From: Camelus dromedarius
Lineage: Eukaryota
Reading direction: 5' to 3'
Length of the DNA stretch: 64,000 nucleotides
NCBI RefSeq assembly: GCF_036321535.1
Contig: NC_087437.1
Span: 45,386,001 to 45,450,000, forward strand
The notes below the pieces were generated by a model. That model was not told where the DNA came from. It did not search any database and saw only the letters and a program-made list of their open reading frames with translations. The position numbers and the translations under genes were made by a program. Below, one piece after another: positions 63,693 to 64,000 of this stretch (position 1 is its first letter; every line of letters begins with the position of its first letter).

Positions 63693-64000
63693 CCTAATGT
63701 TCATAGAAGCACTATCTACAATAGTCAAGACATGGAAGCAACCTAAATGTCCATCGACTGATAAATGGATAAAGATGCGGTGTATATATACAGTGGAATA
63801 CTACTCAGCCATAAAAAGAATAAAGTAATGCCATTTGCAGCAACATGGATGGATCTGGAGATTGTCATACTAAGTGAAGTAAGCCAGTAAGAGAAAGAAA
63901 AATACCATATTACATCACTCATATGTGGAATCTAAAAAAAAAAATAAAGATACAAATGAACTTACTTACAAAACAGAAGTAGATTCACAGACATAAAAAA
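63693..64000 (+). mobile_element. Young 5'-truncated LINE-1, same family as 454-1100; continues beyond the window
   Basis: aatgttcatagaagcactatctacaatagtcaagacatggaagcaacctaaatgtccatcg...tatgtggaatctaaaaaaa. Confidence 0.95.

Noticed and set aside
1..64000. CRISPR arrays, tRNA/rRNA genes, prokaryotic operons, intact retroviral or transposase ORFs
   Set aside because: None seen; the sequence is mammalian non-coding DNA and all element-derived reading frames are disrupted.

Overview
AT-rich, repeat-dense eutherian genomic DNA, non-coding as far as the sequence shows. The young L1 3' ends, together with the absence of Alu, B1/B2, Bov-A/BovB, PRE-1, CHR-2 and SINEC elements, suggest a camelid (inference). 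No ORF in the six-frame track looks like an intact host gene. Much of the window is recognisable transposon debris: L1 of several ages, L2, MIR, MaLR/ERVL/ERV1 LTRs, hAT and Tigger MITEs, and microsatellites. The most informative structure is a decayed class-I provirus at about 11.3-14.2 kb: LTR, gag MA with a PSAP motif, pol missing, env TM remnant, PPT, LTR. It sits in a 6.6-kb cluster of five LTRs. That cluster lies just upstream of a candidate minus-strand promoter/first exon (about 6.9-7.0 kb), which may splice to an ATG-bearing exon at the left window edge. Repeat-poor islands at about 36 kb and 38.3-39.1 kb look regulatory. Repeat family names are from recall of consensus sequences and need RepeatMasker/Dfam confirmation. 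I found no convincing novel biological system.
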